DNA of 63,991 bases, the filler included, from Streblomastix strix (lineage: Eukaryota), in assembly GCA_008636045.1 (NCBI GenBank). It is 3 parts of 3 records of this genome, joined end to end, with 100 filler letters (N's around TTAATTAATTAA, not from the genome) between each part and the next. Parts side by side here need not be neighbours in the genome. Positions count along the whole stretch, not along the records: positions 1 to 22,097 come from SNRW01000339.1; 2 more parts are not named here. One strand, given 5' to 3'. Below are positions 1-12,520 of the stretch, piece after piece. Position 1 is the stretch's first letter. Each line of letters begins with the position of its first letter. The translations under genes and the position numbers were made by a program. Under the pieces are notes generated by a model. The model was given only the letters and a program-made list of their open reading frames with translations. It ran no database searches and was not told the DNA's origin.

Positions 1-3000
1 GCTTGAATATGTTCATTCAAAGAATTATATCCACCGTGATGTTAAACCTGATAACTTCCTGGTTGGATTGGGCAAAGATAGAGGAACCATTTATATCATT
101 GATTTTGGATTAGCTAAAAAATATCGAGATGAATCTTCGCATGAACACATTAAGTTCTGTGATCAGAAAGGAATAACAGGTACAGTTAGATATTCAAGTA
201 TTAATACTCACTTTGGATTGGAATAGAGCAGAAGAGATGACATGGAGAGTTTAGCCTTCAATTTAGTCTATTTAATGAATGGATCTCTTCCTTGGTAAGG
301 AATAAGAGGTTAAGATAGACATGATAAATACAAGAGAATTGGGAGAATGAAGATTGGATACAGAGTTGAGGAGTTATGTAAGGGTCTTCCTCATGAATTT
401 GTGACTTATTTCAATTATGTTAGAAGTGTGTTGTTTATTCATTATTTAGTTTAATAATTTATATTCTTTTTTTCTAATTATTTTTTGGAAAGATCTTTAA
501 TTTGAAGAAGAACCAGATTATAATTATTTGAGAAGTTTATTTAGAGATGTAATGAGAAGAGAAGGATATTAATATGATTAATAATTTGATTGGACAATTG
601 GTTTATTAATAAGAAACAATATTCAATGAATAATTATTTATATTTATATTTGTCTATTTGTTATATTATAGGAAGTGATTCTGAATGGGAAAGTAAGTTT
701 AGGAAATAAAGAAGAAGAGAATCTGAGCAGAGTTTCCTTGAAAATTATAATGAGAAACATAGGAATAGAGAAAAGTATTCAATTTATTAAAATTATTATA
801 TTAATTTTAATATATTATTAATTATTAAATATATTATTAATTATTAAATATATTATTAATTATTAAATATATTATTAATTATTAAATATATTATTAATTA
901 TTCAGAATAAGACAATAGAACAAATTAGAAGGAATAGAAGGAAGTGAAGACACAGAATCAACACAATTTTCCAATTCAATAGAAAGAAACAAATAATAAA
1001 GAAGGTTATAGAAACTTAAAGACAAAGATCGATAAGACAGACTCATAGATTATAATAGGAAAGTGTAGACATGGGGAAGACCAGAAGAGAAAGAGATGGA
1101 TTAAGTAGCCTTCTAGATGGTATAATAGAGAATAGATTGAGAGAAGGAAAGATGGAGAGAAAAGGAGATATAGAGAAGATAACAGAAAGAGAAAGAATTA
1201 GAGCTTGAGATGCTTAAAGAGAGAGAGTAACAATTAGAAAGAGAGAAAGAAAGATAGAAAGAATAAGAGAGATTAGAAAGAGAGAAAGAAAAGGAGAAAT
1301 ACAGATAGGAGAAAGAAAGATAGGAGAAAGAATGAATAGAAAAGGAAAGATAAGAGAAAGAGAGATATTAATTAGAGAAATAGATGGAAAGAGATAAGGA
1401 GATGTATTTGATGGAATTAGAGATAATGAAAGAGAAAGAAAGAGAGAAAGAGAAATAGAAACAGAAATAGAGGGAGAAGGAGAAGGAGAAAGAAAGATTG
1501 AAAGAAGAGAAAGAGAAAGAAAGAGAGAAAGAGAAATAGAAACAGAAATAGAGGGAGAAGGAGAAGGAGAAAGAAAGATTGAAAGAAGAGAAAGAGAAAG
1601 AAAGAATAAGAGAAGAGAAAGAAAAAGAAAGAATAAGAGAAAGAGAAAAAGAAAGAATAAAGGAAGAAAAGGAAAGAATTGAAAGAGAAAGAATTGAAAA
1701 AGAAAGAATTGAAAGAGAAAAAGAAAGAAAGAAGAAAGAAAAAGAAATTTAGAAACATCAATATAATAAATCACATAATAAAGATAACTTATAATTATCT
1801 AAACAAAAGAGTAATAGAAATGAAAAAAGAGATGTCAGTGAAAGTAGCAGTGATAATTAAGAGAAATTAAGAAATGAAAAAAATACTAAATATCAACAAT
1901 AATAGAATTAATAAATGTAATAATAGTACAACTAGTATAATTAATAGATTGGAGATGATGATGATGACAATAAAGTATTAATTGATTTCTTTGCATAAAA
2001 TTAGATCATATAAGATGATACTAATAATGAATAAGATGAAGTATGAAATATAAATGAAATAATAAATTAATTGTTGATGATTTATTCATATTATTTATTT
2101 ATTTATTTATCAATTTTATTATCAGATTGTTACATTTGTGCTTAGAAATGGTACAATTCGAGGATTAAAAGACAAACAAAAGCGAATTGATGCAACAAAA
2201 GAGCACAAAAGGAAGAAAGAAGAAGAAAGGAGATAAAAAGAGAAAGAAAAAGAAAAAAGAAGACAAATAAGAAAGAAAGAAAAAGAGGATAAGAAGAAAG
2301 AGAAAGAGAAAGAAAGATTGAAGAAGAGTAAATAGGAAGAATAAGAGAAGGAATAAGAATAAGAAGATGAATCTGAAGATGAATCTGATGATGAATCAGA
2401 GGAAGAAGATGATGATGATGATGAAGATGATGAAGATGAGGAGAGCGTCGATGGTGGATTCATGTTAATTGATGATCCTGTTGAACCAGATGATGAAGAT
2501 TCATAAAGAGATGATGATAAATAAAATAAAGATTAGAAAGAAGAAGAAGATGATGAGTCAGATGATGAAGATGATGAAGATGAGAGTAGCAGTAATAATG
2601 AAGATGAAGATGATGAAGAATAAGAAAGTGAAAAAGAAAAAGAATCTAAAGTGAAGAAACATAAGAAACACAAAAAACATAAGAAAGAAAAAGAGAAAGA
2701 AAAGAAGAAAAAGAAAAAGAAAGAATAAGAAATAGAAGAATCTAAAAAAGATAAAAAGAAGAAGAAGAAGAAGAAGAAACATAAACATAAGAAGAAGAAG
2801 AAGAAGAAGAAGAATCAGAATAAAAGAAGAAAGAGAAGAAAGAAGAGAGATGAAACTGACAGTTAATAAATGAATGCATTCTTATAGGACACTGATTATA
2901 ATGATAAAAGCAGCAGAAGTAGTCCTCTTATTGAGAGAAGTAAAGACAAGAAAGGAAAACACAAAGATAAAGACAAACATAAAGGGAGGGATAGAATAAA

Positions 3001-4693
3001 AGATAAAGATAATAATAATAATAAAGATGAAGATGATAGTAATGAAAGTGATGATGATGATGAAGAAGAAGATGAAGAAGATTAAGAGAGTAAGAAAGAT
3101 AAGAAGCATAAACATAAACACAAATAGAAGAAAGAAAGTAAGAAGGAATAATAAGATGATGAAACTATAATTACAACTGATAGAAGACATAAGAGTAACA
3201 AACATAAGAAGGAGAAGAAGAGCAAATAAGATAAAGAAGAAGAAAAAGAATTAAAAGAATAAAAAAGAAAAGCTGAAGAAGAATAAAAAAGATTGGCTGA
3301 AGAAGAATAAAGAAGAATTGAAGAAGAATAAAGAAAGAAAGAAGAAAAGAGAAAGAAAGAAGAAGAAAAAATTAAATAAGAAGAATTGAAGAAAGAACAG
3401 GAGAAAATTAAATTAATAGAAAGAATCAAATAAGAACAATAAAGAATTAAAGAAGAATAATAAAGAAAATAAGAATAAGAAAGAATTAAAGAAGAATAAA
3501 GAATTAAAGAAGAATAAAGAATTAAAGAAGAATAAAGAATTAAGGAAGAATAATAAAGAAAAGAAGAATTATAAAGAAAAGAAGAAGAAAAAAGAAGAAA
3601 AGAATAAGAAAAGATTAAAGAAGAATAAAGAATAAAAGAAGAATAAAGAATCAAAGAATAAGAAAGAATCAAAGAAGAAGAAAGAAAGAAGCAACATGAA
3701 TATGACACCCTCAAATAGAAACAAGACTTTGAGAGAATGAAGATCCAACTTGCATTGGAGAAGAAAGAGATAGAAAGACAGAAGATTGAATTAGAGAAGG
3801 AGAAATAGAAAGAGAAAGAAAGAGACAAATAAAGAATAGAAAGAGAGAAGAAAGATAAAGAAAGAATTGAGAAGGAGAGATTGGATAAGGAAAGAAGAGA
3901 GAAAGAAAGAAGGGAAAGAGATAAATTGAGAGATAAGGAGAAGGAGAAAGAAAAAGAAAAGGAGAAAGAGAAAGAAAGATTAACAAGTAGAGAGAAATAA
4001 GATATTAAGATTCTCTCTTCATCTCATTAACAATATTCACTCAGATCACCAATGAAATCAAATGAAAAGATAATTGAGAAATAAAATGAAAATTCAAAAT
4101 CTTCTTCTTCTTCCAGTTCATTTTTGAATAAAACTGAAAGAAATTAAAGCGAAGAAGATGTTAGAAATAAATAGAATGAAAAATAGCACATCAATCTTTC
4201 TAATAATACAGAATAAAGCAGGTAGAGTTACTAATAAAGAAAAGCTAATAGTGACAGCACAACAAAGAACAACAAAGATTAACAACAAACACATCAACAC
4301 TTCAATTAATAATAACCATATGCAGATGAATATTGGGATAAAGGAGAATATAAGTATGATAAAGAGAAGGATAAAACAGCCAGTAGAGACATTAATAGAG
4401 ATATTAACAGAATTATGAGCAGTTAAAGAATATCAAAGGGAAATGAAAGAGAGAAAGAGGCTGCAAATACGAAGAGAATTGAGGTTGAAAAGATTAAAGA
4501 ATAAGAGAGATTAAAAGAAAGAGAAAGAGCAAAGAAACCCACCAATGAAAAAACTAACACAAATACGGACCGCGATTGGTATGGGGAATATCAATACTCT
4601 TTCTATAGGGATGGTAAGGTTGACTTAGATGAGAGCGACAGTGACTCACATCTCAGTATTCCATCTCCGTCCCCGCAATCCATACGCAAATGA
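1..4693 (+). CDS. CK1: Casein kinase 1 family kinase (5'-partial) with long charged low-complexity C-terminal frame; internal in-frame TGA at 1138 and 1333
   Basis: Frame from nt 2 reads [10 protein letters not shown]...[10 protein letters not shown]...[15 protein letters not shown](TAG=Q)SRRDDMESL...GSLPW(TAA=Q)G...[11 protein letters not shown]...FDW, all CK1 hallmarks. GT-AG introns ~426-492, 601-671, 775-905, 2041-2125. The E/K/R/D-rich frame ends at TGA 4691-4693; if the first TGA is the real stop the CDS ends at 1140. Confidence 0.9.
811..902. repeat. 19-bp AT-only minisatellite (TATATTATTAATTATTAAA, ~5 copies) inside CK1 intron 3
   Basis: Tandem unit visible directly in the sequence. 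Confidence 0.8.
1428..1604 (+). repeat. 81-bp in-frame tandem duplication in the CK1 tail
   Basis: Sequence starting at 1441 recurs at 1522 (period 81 nt = 27 codons). Confidence 0.75.
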
Positions 4694-5366
4694 ACCTTAG
4701 AGTTTATCCATGTCTTTTTGTATGAGTATTTAAAGGGCGGGAAAGAGTTCACTTCACATTTCTTTGTTAATTGGCCGTAATTATATTATACGTTTGTATT
4801 TCTTAACTTAACACAACATTCATAAACGAATCATTTTTATTGTAAGCTGATCATTAACAAAAACTAAAAATTTGTTTTCTGCATTATTCTCTGAACTAAA
4901 AATAATTTTATTGGTGTCTTTCGATACATTTTTCTTTTATAATTTATACTGCATTAAAAGTATACAATATTTTGCTCCATTCAGCTGCTGCTGCCAATTA
5001 TTTATTTCTAATCAATAAAATTTATTTAGCGCAATAAAAAGAAATGAATCAATATTTAAATCAATATATTTTACGATTTTTTATCTTTAAAAATATAATT
5101 AACCTATTTAAACACACAATTGACGGCCACACTAAAGATATTTCCTAGACAACTTTTATCCATCATTTTTTTTATCAAATCCCAAAAAATATTCTACAGT
5201 ACAACTTTATTTAAAAGTTAACTATACTCCACTTCTTTTATGCCAAATAGAAATATTTGCATATAATCAAATATAACATTAATACAACTAGATATTGTGA
5301 AAATATATAAAAAAAGATCTTTATATTTTTTTTATTTTATTTTTAAGATTTAATTTATTGAGAGGA

Positions 5367-6063
5367 ATGTCTGGTGGTTTTGCAAGATTGGTAGGGATGA
5401 ATGGATTTGATTTTTATATACGAGACCTGAGTGTATTGATGGGACGTAGAAGCATAAAAACACCTTATGTTTTATCAATTGGCGATGGAAAATTACTCAG
5501 TAGACATCATGCAACAATTTTTTATGATATACCAAGTTCTGAATGGCGAATAAAGATACTCGGAAAGAATGGGGTAAAAATCACATAAGATGGAACAACA
5601 GTAACATATGATCCAACCAGTAGTTTGTATCATGTTTTTGAATATTCCATAATAGTTTATATTCTTACTATATATATTAGGCCCAGTAATTTTGAAACAC
5701 GGAGCACGAATTGAAGTTTGTGATTTCTGGTTCTTCTTTCTTAAACCATAAGGACAGTTTGATCCTCCAGATATGGATAATAATGAACCAATTTTCAATC
5801 TATGTAACAAAGCAATTGAAAAATTCCCTGAGCATAATTTTGATCCTGATTTTATTTATAAAATGATTTTAGAAGATGCTCCATGGCTTGGTGGAGACAA
5901 ATTTCCTAATCTTCCTCGAATTATTCAATTTCTCGTAGCTAAAGCAGCTGAACAAAATAAGATATCCAAAGAATAAAACTCTGTAGCACTTCTAAATCAA
6001 TCTGAAGAATAAGGAAGTAATACCAATTCAAAAATTTAACAGTAAAAATAAAACGAAACATGA
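5367..6063 (+). CDS. FHA-domain protein (Fkh/Fhl1/plant FHA2-type FHA)
   Basis: GFARLVG...LMGR...LSRHHATIFYD...ILGKNG...LKHGARIEVCDFWFFF shows the FHA GR, SRxH and NG motifs; one intron ~5623-5680; TGA 6061-6063. Confidence 0.8.
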
Positions 6064-6080
6064 CAATCATTTATTGATAT

Positions 6081-8429
6081 TCATTCATTTTTTTATTATT
6101 CGTTCTTTCTTTGAAATGGATTAATATTGTAAGTTTCTTTTGATGACAATAAGAGTGGAGAATTTCCTATTGACTAAATAAATGATATTGGATTATGATT
6201 TGGAGTTGTCTATGAATTTTACTATTAATCTGGATTTAAATCTTTCTATGATGTTATACTTCTAGATCGTAAATTCCTTGTTTATGAGTCTGATTTAGAT
6301 AAAATACCATTAGACGATGAATGATGAACGTCAGATTTTTATGCAGAATTTACAATTTTCTGTTATTCTTCTGTCAAATAAATCTTGAAAGATTATCCTA
6401 CACTAACATGAACATTAAATATCATCCCATTTTCAGCCATAAATCCAACTTGATGTACATAATCTCCAATTGGATGAATATATGACTATGAAATTGGAAG
6501 ATATTATTAACCTTGAAATGACTATAAACTTGGAGATGGAGAAATGCCCAATGAAGAGTAACTATATTTACTCTGAATATTTGGACTTATAATTAAAGGA
6601 ATTGGCTCCTGATCTTAACTTATAAATTGCTTAGAAGATGTGCATTATTAATTTGGACTATAAGGTGCAGCACTTACTAAGGGCATAAGAGGAGCTAATA
6701 AAACACCACTGCATCCAACAGACAAAGATCCAACACGAGTACAATTGGGTATCATGAAGACTTCCATTATTCCAATAACACTGGCATAGATTACAAGGAA
6801 TGTTATGTATTCAAATGAAGAACCTGGAACTTGTTCTTGTAGAATGTTTATTTAATCTTACATTTATTACAGCTAAAGCTCCTACAATTTATCAGTTGAT
6901 CTCAAATTATACTGTTTTCTTTCCTAATTTGATTTCGTCTCTTATTATTATTTCTATTCATCCCTATCTTATTTATCCATAATATTTCTTATCTTATGAA
7001 CCCCAAATCTCTTTTCCTTCAATAATGCTACCTTAGGATTCCTTCTAACATGCACTCTCTCCCTCAACCAAGCAACTTATGCATTACGAACACCCTTCCA
7101 CACATGAATGATTATATTAGTCTCTGCATCTAATAGAAGCACTCTTCCAATAGTATCAGTTACTGCTGCATATCTTGAGCATGGTGATAAAGTAAGTGAT
7201 ACTCCTTCTCTTCTATGGTCAATACTCAGGAATTGAGGCATTGAGGCTTCATTATGGTTCTGAAGTTTGATTTTGGATGAGTTTGTGTATTATCCACTGC
7301 TGTTGGTTGTATCATCATCGTCATCATCATCTTTATTCTTGCTTGAAAATAGTCCCATTCCAAGTTTGAATACAGAACCGACTGACTTCTTAAAGGCTTT
7401 GAACAGTGGAACAGGAGGAATATTGGTATCACTCTATGACTGTGATATAAAAGGCTTCTTCCCCAATGTTGTGAATCTGAAGTAAACATGAGTCTCTGAA
7501 TTTTATATCAGTGCAGATTCAGATAAAGAAGGTGAACCAGCTTATGGAGGAGTAAATTGATTACTTGGTCTTGTTGAAGGGAAACCAATTGTTTTTCTGC
7601 TTCGAGTCAACTGAGATTGATCATATAAATACCAGCAGTTTTATGGATTCCCATTAAATGATGAAGCAATTGTGATAACATCATTTAATCCATCTATATA
7701 CTTGAATCCATGTGATGAATGCTTAATTGAAGTGTTTATTGGGAAATTAGTTAATTTGGCGCTTGGAGGATTGTGTAAAGGAATATGTGGATGTGATAAA
7801 GCATATTAAGGTCTAAGGTACTGAATAATAGCTTTATTCCAAGCCAATTAAGCAGTTAATTCCATAAGTAAAGAAGGAATAGATACAGAAACAATGATTC
7901 CATTGTGATATATTAGAATAAGAGAAGAAGGTGAGATTGAAGGAGGTGTGACATGAATACCTACAAGGAGACCACGACAGAATATTGTGCGGAGAAGAAG
8001 AATACCTGTTGGAACGTGGAAGAAGAAAATCTCTCCTTTCTCACTTGCAACAAGAGCTACATCATAGAATCCAATATCTGCATGATCTTGTGTCTTACCA
8101 GTATTAGATCCATATAATGCATTGATAACTTAATTTTTCTCTTGATGCTAATATTAAAATGCTGTTGATCTCCTTGTTATTACATCAAAGAGAGTTTGTG
8201 CAGTAAGAATTGTTGCATAACACAAAGGATCAGCTGTGTTGTCTGTAAATTCGGAATATAGTTCGAGAGGATCAGATAGACAATGGTCAAAAAGCATTAA
8301 CTCTCCATCAGTTTGTATTAAAACGGAATTAAGTGAGGGCGAAGGAGATAATGTTCCTTCCGTATTGACAATTATTTCTTTTTCACTGGCTGGTAATCGA
8401 AAACTTGATTTTATGAATGCAACTTGCAT
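6081..8429 (-). CDS. RAB3GAP2: Rab3 GTPase-activating protein non-catalytic subunit (N-terminal domain), intronless, ~782 aa
   Basis: DHRREGVSLTLSPCSRYAAVTDTIGRVLLLD...IHVWKGVRNA(TAA=Q)VAW and LVIYA...GIMEVF...RVGSLSVG match RAB3GAP2 motifs; single frame from ATG 8429 to TGA 6081 with no internal TGA found. Confidence 0.8.
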
Positions 8430-8599
8430 ATTCAACCAAAATAATTATAAAAAGAACTAAAATGAGCGAATATAAAAACAAAAAATAGAAATAATAAAAT
8501 AAATAAAAAGTCATATATGATGAAAAAATAAGTTTTTGAAATTGTTTAAATTTGTCTCATTCTGCTTTAGTAAACATTTAAAAAATAAGTATATTGGTA

Positions 8600-9230
8600 T
8601 TACAATAATTTATAATTTATAAACAATAAAATAATTCAATTAATTACTGAAAATATACTTAGATCAAGTGAGTGAAGCATTATTTATTAATTTTTCGTCA
8701 TTTCGTTGTTAGCTTATATATAGGTTAAATGAGTGTATAAATTGATATAAAAATTTATAGTAATCTTTGAAAAATGTATGTATGCATAAAGTTATACAAT
8801 ACACCACGAATTACAGCAGTGCCAAAATCTGAACTTGTTGCACTTCGTATTCACCCTACCGTGTTTAACTTTGTTAATCACAACAATAATATTTATCGCA
8901 CAAATATTTTCTAATCATTTATTCTACGATGAAAATATATTATTTTAGATATGGCGAGTTATATTCCAATTTAATTGAAACTTGCACAATTCATTAAGGG
9001 TATTATATTAATCTTCATAAACTCGCTTAATTTTTTATATGTTCATATATTTCACACATATGTACAATTTCATATTATTTACAGCTATTACAAATGAACG
9101 TTATTATTTGACAACACTTTTTTACAAAATACCGAGCTTACCAGAGAGATCCATCAATAATTCATTTTATTTATTCATCTAAACATTAAAATGCATTTGT
9201 TTATCATATTTTTGTAATATTTTGAACTAT
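8600..9230 (+). repeat. Dispersed repeat family A, copy 1 (fills the RAB3GAP2/MED18 divergent intergenic region)
   Basis: Collinear with the reverse complement of ~13820-14450, e.g. core TACAATACACCACGAATTACAGC.GTGCCAAAATCTGAA.TTGTTGCACTT; boundaries approximate. Confidence 0.85.
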
Positions 9231-9332
9231 TATTATATTTTTTAATTCACTTTTATTTATAAAATTTCTTCATTCATTTTCATTATTCATTTTTTTGAAC
9301 AATTTAAATTAAAATTGCTCATAGAGTATATA

Positions 9333-10052
9333 ATGACAGTACTTTCTCTTGCCGAAGGTGAGATATCCGATCGGGACCGGCCTAAATTCTTAAACTTCCT
9401 TATTCTACTCACAGGCAAAGATCCTGTTCGTGTTGTAGAGCACAGAATATACCTAGCATCCCCAGTAGGTTTTGAACAATCAACATACATTATGAAGATT
9501 CACAACAATATCACTGGATTAACACCTTAGGACGTTTAGGAATCTGATGGTTGGAAGTTAATCTCACTAGGAAGAGATAATCCATAAGAAACAATCTTCA
9601 CTCTCAGATCAATGTAAGTTCATGATATTGAAAGTGCAAATCCATTAGCACTTCTCACTGAAATTGGATTTTCATATGATTTTGAGGTAGTACGAATTGG
9701 ATATGAATTCATTCATCCCAGTGGAATAAGAATTCAAATCTACTCACCATTCAGGGTTGAGAACTAATATGATCTCTCTTCGATGAAATAACCAAGAATT
9801 GCAATATAAAGCCATTTATCGCCTATTTCATCAAGCTCATAGATATATCCATCTAATTAATATATAGAAAAACAGAATAATGAAGAAATAGAGGTTTGGA
9901 CTGTAGAGGCTAGACGAATTGTTAAAACTTGCGATATTGAAAAGGCAAAAGCATCCCTTATGAATATATTAAATGCTATTATTCCATACTCAAAAATGAA
10001 GAAGCAATTGAAACTTAGGAAAGATCTATACAAAATTCCTCCATCCACATGA
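9333..10052 (+). CDS. MED18: Mediator subunit 18, intronless, 239 aa
   Basis: LSLAEGEI...FLNFLILLTG...EHRIY...GWKLISLG...LLTEIGFSYDFEVVRIGYEF...IRIQI...WTVEA is the Med18 pattern; ATG 9333, TGA 10050. Confidence 0.75.
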
Positions 10053-10429
10053 AAAACACAAAATTTAACCAGATATTATCGCATGCTAGCTCTCAAATAA
10101 AATAACGATTTTCTGGGAAAAAATTAATAGTATTAAATAATAAAGCTGTTTAATAAATATATTGCATATTAATATGTTTGTATAAGCAAATTTTTCATTT
10201 CTCATAATTTCTTTTTTTTTTTCAATGTTCATGATCTAAAAATTTCGTATTATATAATTTCTGTTTGTATTAATATTATATAAACCAAGTAACATCATCT
10301 ACATTATTATTAATACTCGTTATTCAGTATTTTTCGAATATTCAAATAAATCACAATTTTTTCTGCGAGGCTTAACACATAAACTTTTTAAATATTTTTA
10401 TTCATTTTTATTTGTAGCTTTGCAGAGTT

Positions 10430-12053
10430 ATGTATATTTCAAGAATTATTCTGCCGTTTGAGGAAAGAAAAGGCTTGATGGGAAAAGTTGCCACATTTGG
10501 TGGTTGTTCGTTGTATACAGGAGCACCATATTTTTCTGCTATATCTGCCCTGCGTGTTGTATGCTTCTTTAGATTCCTTTCTATAACTTATAAATTATTC
10601 AGGGTGCAGATATATCTCGTATATTCTGCCCAACATCAGCTGCAAGCCCAATAAAATCTTACTCACCGGAACTAATAGTGCATCCTTATTTAATTGAGTC
10701 TGATGAATCAGACAATGAAGAAAAGTTCATAATTTTTATATCTTATTAAATAAATATTTGATTTGATTTTGTTTATTTCTCGTTTTTGTAGAATTACTAG
10801 AATTGTCAATGAATGTATAGCAAAACTTTCTGCATGGGAAACTCGTATAACAAGTTGCGCTCTTGGTCCAGGAATGGGTATTAATATTGCAATGCAATGT
10901 ACTGCACTTGACTTTATATTGAAACTTAAAGAACGATAGATGCCACTCGTTTTAGATGCAGTATATTATTACTGTTTGGAAATTAAATTGTATTGTTGAT
11001 TGATCGTTTATATCTAATTGAACATCTTAGGATGGAATCATGTTAGCATTGAATTGGCCTGAAATATTCAGTAGTTACAAAAATTGTATTATTACACCAA
11101 ACTTTGTTGAATTTAAAAGATTGTGCGATTAATTAAATTTGACATTATTTGATGAATAAACTTTTATTGTGTTTTTAGACAATAGAAATTTGCTCCAGAA
11201 GAAAATGTAGATGATTCTGATGGATTTTCTGCTCTTGTTTCAATATATAAGAAGTGAGATCATATATTTTTCATCTTGGAATAATTCTTATTTTATTTAT
11301 TTCATAACATATTTTAGATTAAATGGGCCAACAATTCTGAGAAAAGGTAAAATAGACACAATAATTGATGAATATGGAATAATACTTGTTGACTTGGAAG
11401 AAAGATTAGAAAGTTTAAGAATGAAGGAAAAAGAAGGGAAATGTGAAAAGATGAGCAAATTGAAAGGAAATGGGAGAAGATGTGGAGGACAAGGAGATCT
11501 TCTTACTGGAACTTTGGCTGCATTTACATTTTGGGCATTAAAAATGTATGTGAAATGAAGCATTTATTTATATTGAACAATATCTTATGTTTTATTTTTA
11601 ATAAACAGAGGAAAGAGTATCGACAGTGACAATGATATTACAGATAAAAAGAAATCATCTTCTGATTAATCAGACTCATCTATTTCTTTAATTCCAACAT
11701 TATCTTCATAACTTCCAATTGAAGAAACTATTAAATAGTATTTTGATTTTATTATTATTAACCTACTATTATAAATATTATTTTTATCTCACATATTCAG
11801 ACGTCCAATGCTTTATGCTGCCATAGCTGCATGCACAGTAGTCAGAAGGTATCAGTAACAAACAATTCAGATTATTTTTATAACTCAAAATCATTTATAT
11901 TCATCCATCAATATTATCAGAGCTGCAAAGAAGACATGGACTCAGATTGGAAGAGGAATGTTAGCTTCAGATATTATATCAAATCTTGCTCCTGCTATTG
12001 ATGAAATAATGGAGGAAGAAGAAAGATTTGAGTAAGAAGCGAAAAAAGAATGA
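10430..12053 (+). CDS. NAXD: ATP-dependent NAD(P)H-hydrate dehydratase, multi-intron; start approximate
   Basis: [24 protein letters not shown]...GADIS...[12 protein letters not shown]...LGPGMG...LVLDADG...ITPNFVEF...ILRKG...[15 protein letters not shown] 12051. Confidence 0.9.
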
Positions 12054-12520
12054 ATAAAAATATATTGAAGTAAATAATTGTAAATTAATGAAAAGTCATA
12101 ATATATATGTTCATTTCTTTTTTATTACCTTTTATTATTCAAAATAAATTATCAATAATTCATATTTCATAATTTTATTTTTGTATTGTATACATATTTA
12201 AATTCAATCAATCACATATCATAACTCAAAAACGAAAAAAAAGCTCTTGCTGATTATAGCAAAATAATGATTTTGATTTATATATTAAAAAAGTCAATAA
12301 AAAAGTTTAATGGAGATAGAAAAGGGTTTGTTATGAGAAGTAAGAAAGTGAAAAATGATTCAGAAGAGATAAAACATACAAACTCACAAAATAATAAAAG
12401 ATAATAAAAAAGTTTGATAGCACATAATAGGTGTAATTTGCCAAATAATCTCAATTATTCGCTTATTTAGGTTTTTATTTTAATTTCCATTTATTTTTAT
12501 TTTCAATGATTAATATATCA

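Noticed and set aside
1214..3986. Long F/L/S-rich minus-strand ORFs in the ORF track (also the plus-strand ones over 22748-28846)
   Set aside because: Antisense shadows of E/K/R/D-rich coding sequence on the other strand, produced by using the wrong genetic code; not membrane proteins
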